NCBI GenBank assembly: GCA_964057225.1
Contig: OZ059895.1
Coordinates: 19,406,001-19,470,000, forward strand
Direction of reading: 5' to 3'
Source of the DNA: Auanema rhodensis
Lineage: Eukaryota > Animalia > Nematoda
DNA length: 64,000 nucleotides
Part shown: piece after piece, positions 27,301 to 40,613 of the stretch
How positions within the stretch are numbered: the first letter of the stretch is position 1
Layout of the letters: every line of letters begins with the position of its first letter
Made by a program: the position numbers and the translations under genes
The notes under the pieces: model-generated
The model's input: the letters and a program-made list of their open reading frames with translations, nothing else
Databases searched by the model: none
Told to the model about the DNA's origin: nothing

Positions 27301-30300
27301 CATGCACCAATATCAATAAAAACTTGTTTTTAGACTAATATGGACATGGAGAATCTAATTTTGAAAACCGCATCTCTTCATCTTTCACGTGAAGCGAGTT
27401 ACATACCAAGTGCACATCACGTGTACACTTAATTAGCATAAATTAAAGTTCACGTAAATATCAAAGTCATGGTTACCATGCACCAATATCGATAAAAATT
27501 TGTTTTAAGACTAATATGGACATGAGAAATCTAATTTTGAAAACCGCATCTCTTCATCTTTCACGTGAAGCGAGTTACATACCAAGTGCACATCACGTGT
27601 ACATTTAATTAGCATAAATTAAAGTTCACGTAAATTTCAAAGTCATGGTTAACATGCACCAATATCAATAAAAATTAGTTTTTAGACTAATATGGACATG
27701 GGGAATCTAATTTTGAAAACCGCATCTCTTTATCTTTCACGTGAAGCGAGTTACATACCAAGTGCACATCACGTGTACATTGAATTAGCATAAATTAAAG
27801 TTCACATAAATTTCAAAGTCATGGTTACCATGCACCAATATCAATAAAAACTTGTTTTTAGACTAATATGGACATAGGGAATCTACATTTGAAAACCACA
27901 TCTCTTTATCTTTCACGTGAAGCGAGTTACATACCAAGTGCACATCACGTGTACATTTAATTAGCATAAATTAAAGTTCACGTAAATTTCAAAGTCATGG
28001 TTACCATGCACCAATATCAATAAAAATTTGTTTTTAGACTAATATGGACATGGGGAATCTATTTTTGAAAACCGCATCTCTTCATCTTTCACGTGAAGCG
28101 AGTTACATACCAAGTGCACATCACGTGTACACTTAATTAGCATAAATTAAAGTTCACGTAAATTTCAAAGTCATGGTTACCATGCACCAATATCAATCAA
28201 AATTTGTTTTAAGACTAATATGGACATGAGAAATCTATTTTTGAAAACCGCATCTCTTCATCTTTCACGTGAAGCAAGTTACATACCAAGTGTACATCAC
28301 GTGTACATTTAATTAGCATAAATTAAAGTTCACGTAAATTTTAAAGTCATGGTTACCATGCACCAATACCAATACTAATTTGTTTTTAGACTAATATGGA
28401 CATGGGGAATCTAATTTTGAAAACCGCATCTCTTTTTCTTTCACGTGAAGCGAGTTACATACCAAGTGCACATCATGTGTACACTTAATAAGTATAAATT
28501 AAAGTTCACGTAAATTTCAAAGTCATGGTTACCATGCACCAAAATCAATAAAAATTTGTTTTTAGACTAATATGGACATGGGGAATCTAATTTTGGAAAC
28601 CGCATCTCTTCATCTTTCACGTGAAGCCAGTTACATACCAAGTGCACATCACGTGTACATTTAATTAGCATAAATTAAAGTTCACGTAAATTTCAAAGTC
28701 ATGGTTACCATGCACCAATATCAATAAAAATTTGTTTTTAGACTAATATGGACATGGGGAATCTATTTTTGAAAACCGCATCTCTTCATCTTTCACGTGA
28801 AGCGAGTTACATACCAAGTGCACATCACGTGTACACTTAATTAGCATAAATTAAAGTTCACGTAAATTTCAAAGTCATGGTTAACATGCACCAATATCAA
28901 TAAAAATTTGTTTTTAGACTAATATGGACATGGGGAATCTAATTTTGAAAACCGCATCTCTTTATCTTTCACGTGAAGCGAGTTACATACCAAGTGCACA
29001 TCACGTGTACATTTAATTAGCATAAATTAAGGTCACGTAAATATCAAAGTCATGGTTACCATGCACCAATATCAATCAAAATTTGTTTTAAGACTAATAT
29101 GGACATGAGAAATCTATTTTTGAAAACCGCATCTCTTCATCTTTCACGTGAAGCAAGTTACATACCAAGTGTACATCACGTGTACATTTAATTAGCATAA
29201 ATTAAAGTTCACGTAAATTTCAAAGTCATGGTTACCATGCACCAATATCAATAAAAACTTGTTTTTAGACTAATATGGACATGGAGAATCTAATTTTGAA
29301 AACAGCATCTCTTCATCTTTCACGTGAAGCGAGTTACATACCAAGTGCACATCACGTGTACACTTAATTAGCATAAATTAAAGTTCACGTAAATTTCAAA
29401 GTTATGGTTAACATGCACCAATATCGATAAAAATTTGTTTTAAGACTAATATGGACATGAGAAATCTAATTTTGAAAACCGCATCTCTTCATCTTTCATG
29501 TGAAGCGAGTTACATACCAAGTGCACATCACGTGTACACTTAATAAGCACAAATTAAAGTTCACGTAAATTTCAAAGTCATGGTTACCATGCACCAAAAT
29601 CAATAAAAATTTGTTTTTAGACTAATATGGACATGGGGAATCTAATTTTGAAAACCGCATCTCTTCATCTTTTACGTGAAGCCAGTTACATACCAAGTGC
29701 ACATCACGTGTACATTTAATTAGCATAAATTAAAGTTCACGTAAATTTCAAAGTCATGGTTACCATGCACCAATATCAATAAAAATTTGTTTTAAGACTA
29801 ATATGGACATGAGAAATCTAATATTGGAAACCGCATCTCTTCATCTTTCACGTGAAGCGAGTTACATATCAAGTGCACATCACGTGTACACTTAATTAGC
29901 ATAAATTAAAGTTCACGTAAATTTCAAAGTCATGGTTAACATGCACCAATATCAATAAAAATTTGTTTTTAGACTAATATGGACATGGGGAATCTAATTT
30001 TAAAAACCACATCTCTTTATCTTTCACGTGAAGCGAGTTACATACCAAGTGCACATCACGTGTACATTTAATTAGCATAAATTAAAGTTCACGTAAATTT
30101 CAAAGTCATGGTTACCATGCACCAATATCAATAAAAATTTGTTTTGAGACTAATATGGACATGAGAAATCTAATTTTGAAAACCGCATCTCTTCATCTTT
30201 CACGTGAAGCGAGTTACATATCAAGTGCACATCACGTGTACACTTAATTAGCATAAATTAAAGTTCACGTAAATTTCAAAGTCATGGTTAACATGCACCA

Positions 30301-33300
30301 ATATCAATAAAAATTTGTTTTTAGACTAATATGGACATGGGGAATCTAATTTTGAAAACCGCATCTCTTTATCTTTCACGTGAAGCGAGTTACATACCAA
30401 GTGCACATCAGGTGTACATTTAATTAGCATAAATTAAAATTCACGTAAATTTCAAAGTCATGGTTAACATGCACCAATATCAATAAAAGTTTTTTTTAGA
30501 CTAATATGGACATGGGGAATTTAATTTTGGAAACCGCATCTCTTTCTCTTTGACGTGAAGCGAGTTACATACCAAGTGCACATCACGTGTACACTTAATT
30601 AGCACAAATTAAAGTTCACGTAAATTTCAAAGTCATGGTTACCATGCACCAATATCAATAAAAATTTGTTTTTAGACTAATATGGACATGGGGAATCTAA
30701 TTTTGGAAACCACATCTCTTTATCTTTCACGTGAAGCGAGTTACATACCAAGTGCACATCACGTGTACATTGAATTAGCATAAATTAAAGTTCACGTAAA
30801 TTTCAAAGTCATGGTTACCATGCACCAATATCAATAAAAATTTGTTTTTAGACTAATATGGACATGGGGAATCTAATTTTGAAAACCACATCTCTTTATC
30901 TTTCACGTGAAGCGAGTTACATACCAAGTGCACATCACGTGTACACTTAATTAGCACAAATTAAAGTTCACGTAAATTTCAAAGTCATGGTTACCATGCA
31001 CCAATATCAATAAAAATTTGTTTTTAGACTAATATGGACATGGGGAATCTAATTTTGGAAACCACATCTCTTTCTCTTTGACGTGAAGCGAGTTACATAC
31101 CAAGTGCACATCACGTGTACACTTAATTAGCACAAATTAAAGTTCACGTAAATTTCAAAGTCATGGTTACCATGCACCAATATCAATAAAAATCTGTTTT
31201 TAGACTAATATGGACATGGGGAATCTAATTTTGAAAACCACATCTCTTTATCTTTCACGTGAAGCGAGTTACATACCAAGTGCACATCACGTGTACATTG
31301 AATTAGCATAAATTAAAGTTCACGTAAATTTCAAAGTCATGGTTACCATGCACCAATATCAATAAAAATTTGTTTTTAGACTAATATGGACATGGGGAAT
31401 CTAATTTTGAAAACCACATCTCTTTATCTTTCACGTGAAGCGAGTTACATACCAAGTGCACATCACGTGTACATTTAATTAGCATAAATTAAAGTTCACG
31501 TAAATTTCAAAGTCATGGTTAACATGCACCAATATCAATAAAAACTTGTTTTTAGACTAATATGGACATGGGGAATCTATTTTTGAAAACCGCATCTCTT
31601 CATCTTTCACGTGAAGCGAGTTACATACCAAGTGCACATCACGTGTACACTTAATTAGCATAAATTAAAGTTCACGTAAATTTCGAAGTCATGGTTAACA
31701 TGCACCAATATCAATAAAAATTTGTTTTTAGACTAATATGGACATGGGGAATCTAATTTTGAAAACCGCATCTCTTTATCTTTCACGTGAAGCGAGTTAC
31801 ATACCAAGTGCACATCACGTGTACATTTAATTAGCATAAATTAAAGTTCACGTAAATTTCAAAGTCATGGTTACCATGCACCAATATCAATAAAAATTTG
31901 TTTTTAGACTAATATGGACATGGGGAATCTATTTTTAAAAACCGCATCTCTTCATCTTTCACGTGAAGCGAGTTACATACCAAGTGCACATCACGTGTAC
32001 ACTTAATTAGCATAAATTAAAGTTCACGTAAATTTCAAAGTCATGGTTACCATGCACCAATATCAATAAAAATTTGTTTTTAGACTAATATGGACATGGG
32101 GAATCTATTTTTGAAAACCGCATCTCTTCATCTTTCACGTGAAACGAGTTACATACCAAGTGCACATCACGTGTACACTTAATTAGCATAAATTAAAGTT
32201 CACGTAAATTTCAAAGTCATGGTTAACATGCACCAATATCAATAAAAATTTGTTTTTAGACTAATATGGACATGGGGAATCTAATTTTGAAAACCGCATC
32301 TCTTTATCTTTCACTTGAAGCGAGTTACATACCAAGTGCACATCACGTGTACATTTAATTAGCATAAATTAAAGTTCACGTAAATTTCGAAGTCATGGTT
32401 ACCATGCACCAATATCAATAAAAATTTGTTTTAAGACTAATATGGACATGAGAAATCTAATTTTGAAAACCGCATCTCTTTATCTTTCACGTGAAGCGAG
32501 TTACATACCAAGTGCACATCACGTGTACATTGAATTAGCATAAATTAAAGTTCACGTAAATTTCAAAGTCATGGTTACCATGCACCAATATCAATAAAAA
32601 TTTGTTTTTAGACTAATATGGACATGGGGAATCTAATTTTGAAAACCGCATCTCTTTATCTTACACGTGAAGCGAGTTACATACCAAGTGCACATCATGT
32701 GTACACTTAATAAGCATAAATTAAAGTTCACGTAAATTTCAAAGTCATGGTTAACATGCACCAATATCAATAAAAATTTGTTTTTAGACTAATATGGACA
32801 AGGGGAATCTAATTTTGAAAACCGCATCTCTTTATCTTTCACGTGAAGCGAGTTACATACCAAGTGCACATCACGTGTACATTTAATTAGCATAAATTAA
32901 AGTTCACGTAAATTTCAAAGTCATGGTTACCATGCACCAATATCAATAAAAATTTGTTTTTAGACTAATATGGACATGGGGAATCTAATTTTGAAAACCA
33001 CATCTCTTTATCTTTCACGTGAAGCGAGTTACATACCAAGTGCACATCACGTGTACATTGAATTAGCATAAATTAAAGTTCACATAAATTTCAAAGTCAT
33101 GGTTACCATGCACCAATATCAATAAAAATTTGTTATTAGACTAATATGGACATGGGGAATCTAATTTTGAAAACCACATCTCTTTATCTTCCACGTGAAG
33201 CGAGTTACATACCAAGTGCACATCACGTGTACATTTAATTAGCATAAATTAAAGTTCACGTAAATTTCCAAGTCATGGTTACCATGCACCAATATCAATA

Positions 33301-36300
33301 AAAACTTGTTTTTAGACTAATATGGACATGGGGAATCTATTTTTGAAAACCGCATCTCTTCATCTTTCACGTGAAGCGAGTTACATACCAAGTGCACATC
33401 ACGTGTACATTGAATTAGCATAAATTAAAGTTCACGTAAATTTCAAAGTCATGGTTAACATGCACCAATATCAATAAAAATTTGTTTTTAGACTAATATG
33501 GACATGGGGAATCTAATTTTGAAAACCACATCTCTTTATCTTTCACGTGAAGCGAGTTACATACCAAGTGCACATCACGTGTACATTGAATTAGCATAAA
33601 TTAAAGTTCACGTAAATTTCAAAGTCATGGTTACCATGCACCAATATCAATAAAAATTTGTTTTTAGACTAATATGGACATGGGGAATCTAATTTTGAAA
33701 ACCGCATCTCTTTATCTTTCACGTGAAGCGAGTTACATACCAAGTGCACATCACGTGTACATTTAATTAGCATAAATTAAAGTTCACGTAAATTTCAAAG
33801 TGATGGTTAACATGCACCAATATCAATAAAAATTTTTTTTAGACTAATATGGACATGGGGAATCTAATTTTGAAAACCGCATCTCTTTCTCTTTGACGTG
33901 AAGCGAGTTACATACCAAGTGCACATCACGTGTACACTTAATTAGCACAAATTAAAGTTCACGTAAATTTCAAAGTCATGGTTACCATGCACCAATATCA
34001 ATAAAAATCTGTTTTTAGACTAATATGGACATGGGGAATCTAATTTTGAAAACCACATCTCTTTATCTTTCACGTGAAGCGAGTTACATACCAAGTGCAC
34101 ATCACGTGTACATTGAATTAGCATAAATTAAAGTTCACGTAAATTTCAAAGTCATGGTTACCATGCACCAATATCAATAAAAATTTGTTTTTAGACTAAT
34201 ATGGACATGGGGAATCTAATTTTGAAAACCACATCTCTTTATCTTTCACGTGAAGCGAGTTACATACCGAGTGCACATCACGTGTATATTTAATTAGCAT
34301 AAATTAAAGTTCACGTAAATTTCAAAGTCATGGTTAACATGCACCAATATCAATAAAAACTTGTTTGTAGACTAATATGGACATGGGGAATCTATTTTTG
34401 AAAACCGCATCTCTTCATCTTTCACGTGAAGCGAGTTACATACCAAGTGCACATCACGTGTACACTTAATTAGCATAAATTAAAGTTCACGTAAATTTCG
34501 AAGTCATGGTTAACATGCACCAATATCAATAAAAATTTGTTTTTAGACTAATATGGACATGGGGAATCTAATTTTGAAAACCGCATCTCTTTATCTTTCA
34601 CGTGAAGCGAGTTACATACCAAGTGCACATCACGTGTACATTTAATTAGCATAAATTAAAGTTCACGTAAATTTCAAAGTCATGGTTACCATGCACCAAT
34701 ATCAATAAAAATTTGTTATTAGACTAATATGGACATGGGGAATCTATTTTTAAAAACCGCATCTCTTTATCTTCCACGTGAAGCGAGTTACATACCAAGT
34801 GCACATCACGTGTACACTTAATTAGCATAGATTAAAGTTCACGTAAATTTCAAAGTCATGGTTACCATGCACCAATATCAATAAAAATTTGTTTTTAGAC
34901 TAATATGGACATGGGGAATCTAATTTTGAAAACCGCATCTCTTTATCTTTCACGTGAAGCGAGTTACATACCAAGTGCACATCACGTGTACATTTAATTA
35001 GCATAAATTAAAGTTCACGTAAATTTCAAAGTCATGGTTACCATGCACCAATATCAATAAAAATTTGTTTTTAGACTAATATGGACATGGGGAATCTATT
35101 TTTGAAAACCGCATCTCTTCATCTTTCACGTGAAGCGAGTTACATACCAAGTGCACATCACGTGTACACTTAATTAGCACAAATTAAAGTTCACGTAAAT
35201 TTCAAAGTCATGGTTACCATGCACCAATATCAATAAAAATCTGTTTTTAGACTAATATGGACATGGGGAATCTAATTTTGAAAACCACATCTCTTTATCT
35301 TTCACGTGAAGCGAGTTACATACCAAGTGCACATCACGTGTACATTGAATTAGCATAAATTAAAGTTCACGTAAATTTCAAAGTCATGGTTACCATGCAC
35401 CAATATCAATAAAAATTTGTTTTTAGACTAATATGGACATGGGGAATCTAATTTTGAAAACCGCATCTCTTTATCTTTCACGTGAAGCGAACTACATACC
35501 AAGTGCACATCACGTGTACATTGAATTAGCATAAATTAAAGTTCACGTAAATTTCAAAGTCATGGTTACCATGCACCAATATCAATAAAAATTTGTTTTT
35601 AGACTAATATGGACTTGGGGAATCTAATTTTGAAAACCACATCTCTTTATCTTTCACGTGAAGCGAGTTACATACCAAGTGCACATCACGTGTATATTTA
35701 ATTAGCATAAATTAAAGTTCACGTAAATTTCAAAGTCATGGTTAACATGCACCAATATCAATAAAAACTTGTTTTTAGACTAATATGGACATGGGGAATC
35801 TATTTTTGAAAACCGCATCTCTTCATCTTTCACGTGAAGCGAGTTACATACCAAGTGCACATCACGTGTACACTTAATTAGCATAAATTAAAGTTCACGT
35901 AAATTTCGAAGTCATGGTTAACATGCACCAATATCAATAAAAATTTGTTTTTAGACTAATATGGACATGGGGAATCTAATTTTGAAAACCGCATCTCTTT
36001 ATCTTTCACGTGAAGCGAGTTACATACCAAGTGCACATCACGTGTACATTTAATTAGCATAAATTAAAGTTCACGTAAATTTCAAAGTCATGGTTACCAT
36101 GCACCAATATCAATAAAAATTGGTTTTTAGACTAATATGGACATGGGGAATCTATTTTTAAAAACCGCATCTCTTCATCTTTCACGTGAAGCGAGTTACA
36201 TACCAAGTGCACATCACGTGTACACTTAATTAGCATAAATTAAAGTTCACGTAAATTTCAAAGTCATGGTTACCATGCACCAATATCAATAAAAATTTGT

Positions 36301-36403
36301 TTTTAGACTAATATGGACATGGGGAATCTATTTTTGAAAACCGCATCTCTTCATCTTTCACGTGAAACGAGTTACATACCAAGTGCACATCACGTGTACA
36401 CTT

Positions 36404-36572
36404 AATTAGCATAAATTAAAGTTCACGTAAATTTCAAAGTCATGGTTAACATGCACCAATATCAATAAAAATTTGTTTTTAGACTAATATGGACATGGGG
36501 AATCTAATTTTGAAAACCGCATCTCTTTATCTTTCACTCCATAAAAATTTGTTTTTAGACTAATATGGACTT
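36404..36572 (+). repeat. Rearranged 169-bp monomer, copy 1 (scar at 36538-36570)
   Basis: Reads CTTTCAC-TCCATAAAAATTTGTTTTTAGACTAATATGGAC-TTAATTAGC. The 40-bp GTGAAG...GTGTACAY segment is replaced by 33 bp largely copied from monomer positions ~59-91. Confidence 0.95.
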
Positions 36573-39500
36573 AATTAGCATAAATTAAAGTTCACGTAAA
36601 TTTCAAAGTCATGGTTACCATGCACCAATATCAATAAAAATCTGTTTTTAGACTAATATGGACATGGGGAATCTAATTTTGAAAACCACATCTCTTTATC
36701 TTTCACGTGAAGCGAGTTACATACCAAGTGCACATCACGTGTACATTGAATTAGCATAAATTAAAGTTCACGTAAATTTCAAAGTCATGGTTACCATGCA
36801 CCAATATCAATAAAAATTTGTTTTTAGACTAATATGGACATGGGGAATCTAATTTTGAAAACCACATCTCTTTATCTTTCACGTGAAGCGAGTTACATAC
36901 CGAGTGCACATCACGTGTATATTTAATTAGCATAAATTAAAGTTCACGTAAATTTCAAAGTCATGGTTAACATGCACCAATATCAATAAAAACTTGTTTT
37001 TAGACTAATATGGACATGGGGAATCTATTTTTGAAAACCGCATCTCTTCATCTTTCACGTGAAGCGAGTTACATACCAAGTGCACATCACGTGTACACTT
37101 AATTAGCATAAATTAAAGTTCACGTAAATTTCGAAGTCATGGTTAACATGCACCAATATCAATAAAAATTTGTTTTTAGACTAATATGGACATGGGGAAT
37201 CTAATTTTGAAAACCGCATCTCTTTATCTTTCACGTGAAGCGAGTTACATACCAAGTGCACATCACGTGTACATTTAATTAGCATAAATTAAAGTTCACG
37301 TAAATTTCAAAGTCATGGTTACCATGCACCAATATCAATAAAAATTTGTTATTAGACTAATATGGACATGGGGAATCTATTTTTAAAAACCGCATCTCTT
37401 TATCTTCCACGTGAAGCGAGTTACATACCAAGTGCACATCACGTGTACACTTAATTAGCATAGATTAAAGTTCACGTAAATTTCAAAGTCATGGTTACCA
37501 TGCACCAATATCAATAAAAATTTGTTTTTAGACTAATATGGACATGGGGAATCTATTTTTGAAAACCGCATCTCTTCATCTTTCACGTGAAGCGAGTTAC
37601 ATACCAAGTGCACATCACGTGTACACTTAATTAGCACAAATTAAAGTTCACGTAAATTTCAAAGTCATGGTTACCATGCACCAATATCAATAAAAATCTG
37701 TTTTTAGACTAATATGGACATGGGGAATCTAATTTTGAAAACCACATCTCTTTATCTTTCACGTGAAGCGAGTTACATACCAAGTGCACATCACGTGTAC
37801 ATTGAATTAGCATAAATTAAAGTTCACGTAAATTTCAAAGTCATGGTTACCATGCACCAATATCAATAAAAATTTGTTTTTAGACTAATATGGACATGGG
37901 GAATCTAATTTTGAAAACCACATCTCTTTATCTTTCAAGTGAAGCGAGTTACATACCAAGTGCACATCACGTGTATATTTAATTAGCATAAATTAATGTT
38001 CACGTAAATTTCAAAGTCATGGTTACCATGCACCAATATCAATAAAAATTTGTTTTAAGACTAATATGGACATGAGAAATCTAATATTGGAAACCGCATC
38101 TCTTCATCTTTCACGTGAAGCGAGTTACATATCAAGTGCACATCACGTGTACACTTAATTAGCATAAATTAAAGTTCACGTAAATTTCAAAGTCATGGTT
38201 AACATGCACCAATATCAATAAAAATTTGTTTTTAGACTAATATGGACATGGGGAATCTAATTTTAAAAACCACATCTCTTTATCTTTCACGTGAAGCGAG
38301 TTACATACCAAGTGCACATCACGTGTACATTTAATTAGCATAAATTAAAGTTCACGTAAATTTCAAAGTCATGGTTACCATGCACCAATATCAATAAAAA
38401 TTTGTTTTGAGACTAATATGGACATGAGAAATCTAATTTTGAAAACCGCATCTCTTCATCTTTCACGTGAAGCGAGTTACATATCAAGTGCACATCACGT
38501 GTACACTTAATTAGCATAAATTAAAGTTCACGTAAATTTCAAAGTCATGGTTACCATGCACCAATATCAATAAAAAATTGTTTTTAGACTAATATGGACA
38601 TGGGGAATCTAATTTTGAAAACCACATCTCTTTATCTTTCACGTGAAGCGAGTTACATACCAAGTGCACATCACGTGTACATTTAATTAGCATAAATTAA
38701 AGTTCACGTAAATTTCAAAGTCATGGTTAACATGCACCAATATCAATAAAAATTTGTTTTTAGACTAATATGGACATGTGGAATCTAATTTTGAAAACCG
38801 CATCTCTTTCTCTTTGACGTGAAGCGAGTTACATACCAAGTGCACATCACGTGTACACTTAATTAGCACAAATTAAAGTTCACGTAAATTTCAAAGTCAT
38901 GGTTACCATGCACCAATATCAATAAAAATCTGTTTTTAGACTAATATGGACATGGGGAATCTATTTTTGAAAACCGCATCTCTTCATCTTTCACGTGAAG
39001 CGAGTTACATACCAAGTGCACATCACGTGTACACTTAATTAGCATAAATTAAAGTTCACGTAAATTTCGAAGTCATGGTTAACATGCACCAATATCAATA
39101 AAAATTTGTTTTTAGACTAATATGGACATGGGGAATCTAATTTTGAAAACCACATCTCTTTATCTTTCAAGTGAAGCGAGTTACATACCAAGTGCACATC
39201 ACGTGTATATTTAATTAGCATAAATTAAAGTTCACGTAAATTTCAAAGTCATGGTTACCATGCACCAATATCAATAAAAATTTGTTTTAAGACTAATATG
39301 GACATGAGAAATCTAATATTGGAAACCGCATCTCTTCATCTTTCACGTGAAGCGAGTTACATATCAAGTGCACATCACGTGTACACTTAATTAGCATAAA
39401 TTAAAGTTCACGTAAATTTCAAAGTCATGGTTACCATGCACCAATATCAATAAAAAATTGTTTTTAGACTAATATGGACATGGGGAATCTAATTTTGAAA

Positions 39501-40444
39501 ACCACATCTCTTTATCTTTCACGTGAAGCGAGTTACATACCAAGTGCACATCACGTGTACATTTAATTAGCATAAATTAAAGTTCACGTAAATTTCAAAG
39601 TCATGGTTAACATGCACCAATATCAATAAAAATTTGTTTTTAGACTAATATGGACATGTGGAATCTAATTTTGAAAACCGCATCTCTTTCTCTTTGACGT
39701 GAAGCGAGTTACATACCAAGTGCACATCACGTGTACACTTAATTAGCACAAATTAAAGTTCACGTAAATTTCAAAGTCATGGTTACCATGCACCAATATC
39801 AATAAAAATCTGTTTTTAGACTAATATGGACATGGGGAATCTATTTTTGAAAACCGCATCTCTTCATCTTTCACGTGAAGCGAGTTACATACCAAGTGCA
39901 CATCACGTGTACACTTAATTAGCATAAATTAAAGTTCACGTAAATTTCGAAGTCATGGTTAACATGCACCAATATCAATAAAAATTTGTTTTTAGACTAA
40001 TATGGACATGGGGAATCTAATTTTGAAAACCGCATCTCTTTATCTTTCACGTGAAGCGAGTTACATACCAAGTGCACATCACGTGTACATTTAATTAGCA
40101 TAAATTAAAGTTCACGTAAATTTCAAAGTCATGGTTACCATGCACCAATATCAATAAAAATTTGTTTTTAGACTAATATGGACATGGGGAATCTATTTTT
40201 AAAAACCGCATCTCTTCATCTTTCACGTGAAGCGAGTTACATACCAAGTGCACATCACGTGTACACTTAATTAGCATAAATTAAAGTTCACGTAAATTTC
40301 AAAGTCATGGTTACCATGCACCAATATCAATAAAAATTTGTTTTTAGACTAATATGGACATGGGGAATCTATTTTTGAAAACCGCATCTCTTCATCTTTC
40401 ACGTGAAACGAGTTACATACCAAGTGCACATCACGTGTACACTT

Positions 40445-40613
40445 AATTAGCATAAATTAAAGTTCACGTAAATTTCAAAGTCATGGTTAACATGCACCAA
40501 TATCAATAAAAATTTGTTTTTAGACTAATATGGACATGGGGAATCTAATTTTGAAAACCGCATCTCTTTATCTTTCACTCCATAAAAATTTGTTTTTAGA
40601 CTAATATGGACTT
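40445..40613 (+). repeat. Rearranged 169-bp monomer, copy 2 (scar at 40579-40611)
   Basis: Junction identical to copy 1, offset 4041 = 22x176+169. Confidence 0.95.

Larger units (their letters stand above)
1..29541. repeat. Left variant domain (subfamily A)
   Basis: Enriched for the 175-bp AAGGTCACGTAAATATC monomer, GAAGCAAGTT, TATCGAT, AAGTAATGG and GGACATAGGGAATCTACATTTG, with frequent TTTTAAGAC/GAGAAATC. Last occurrences seen: AAGGTCAC ~29030, GCAAGTT ~29153, TATCGAT ~29422. Confidence 0.85.

Noticed and set aside
36538-36570. The 33-bp insert as a mini-transposon/MITE with TCCATA/TATGGA terminal inverted repeats
   Set aside because: The insert is satellite-derived, has no target-site duplication and accompanies a deletion. 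All three copies share the same upstream flanks, so they spread by array duplication rather than transposition.
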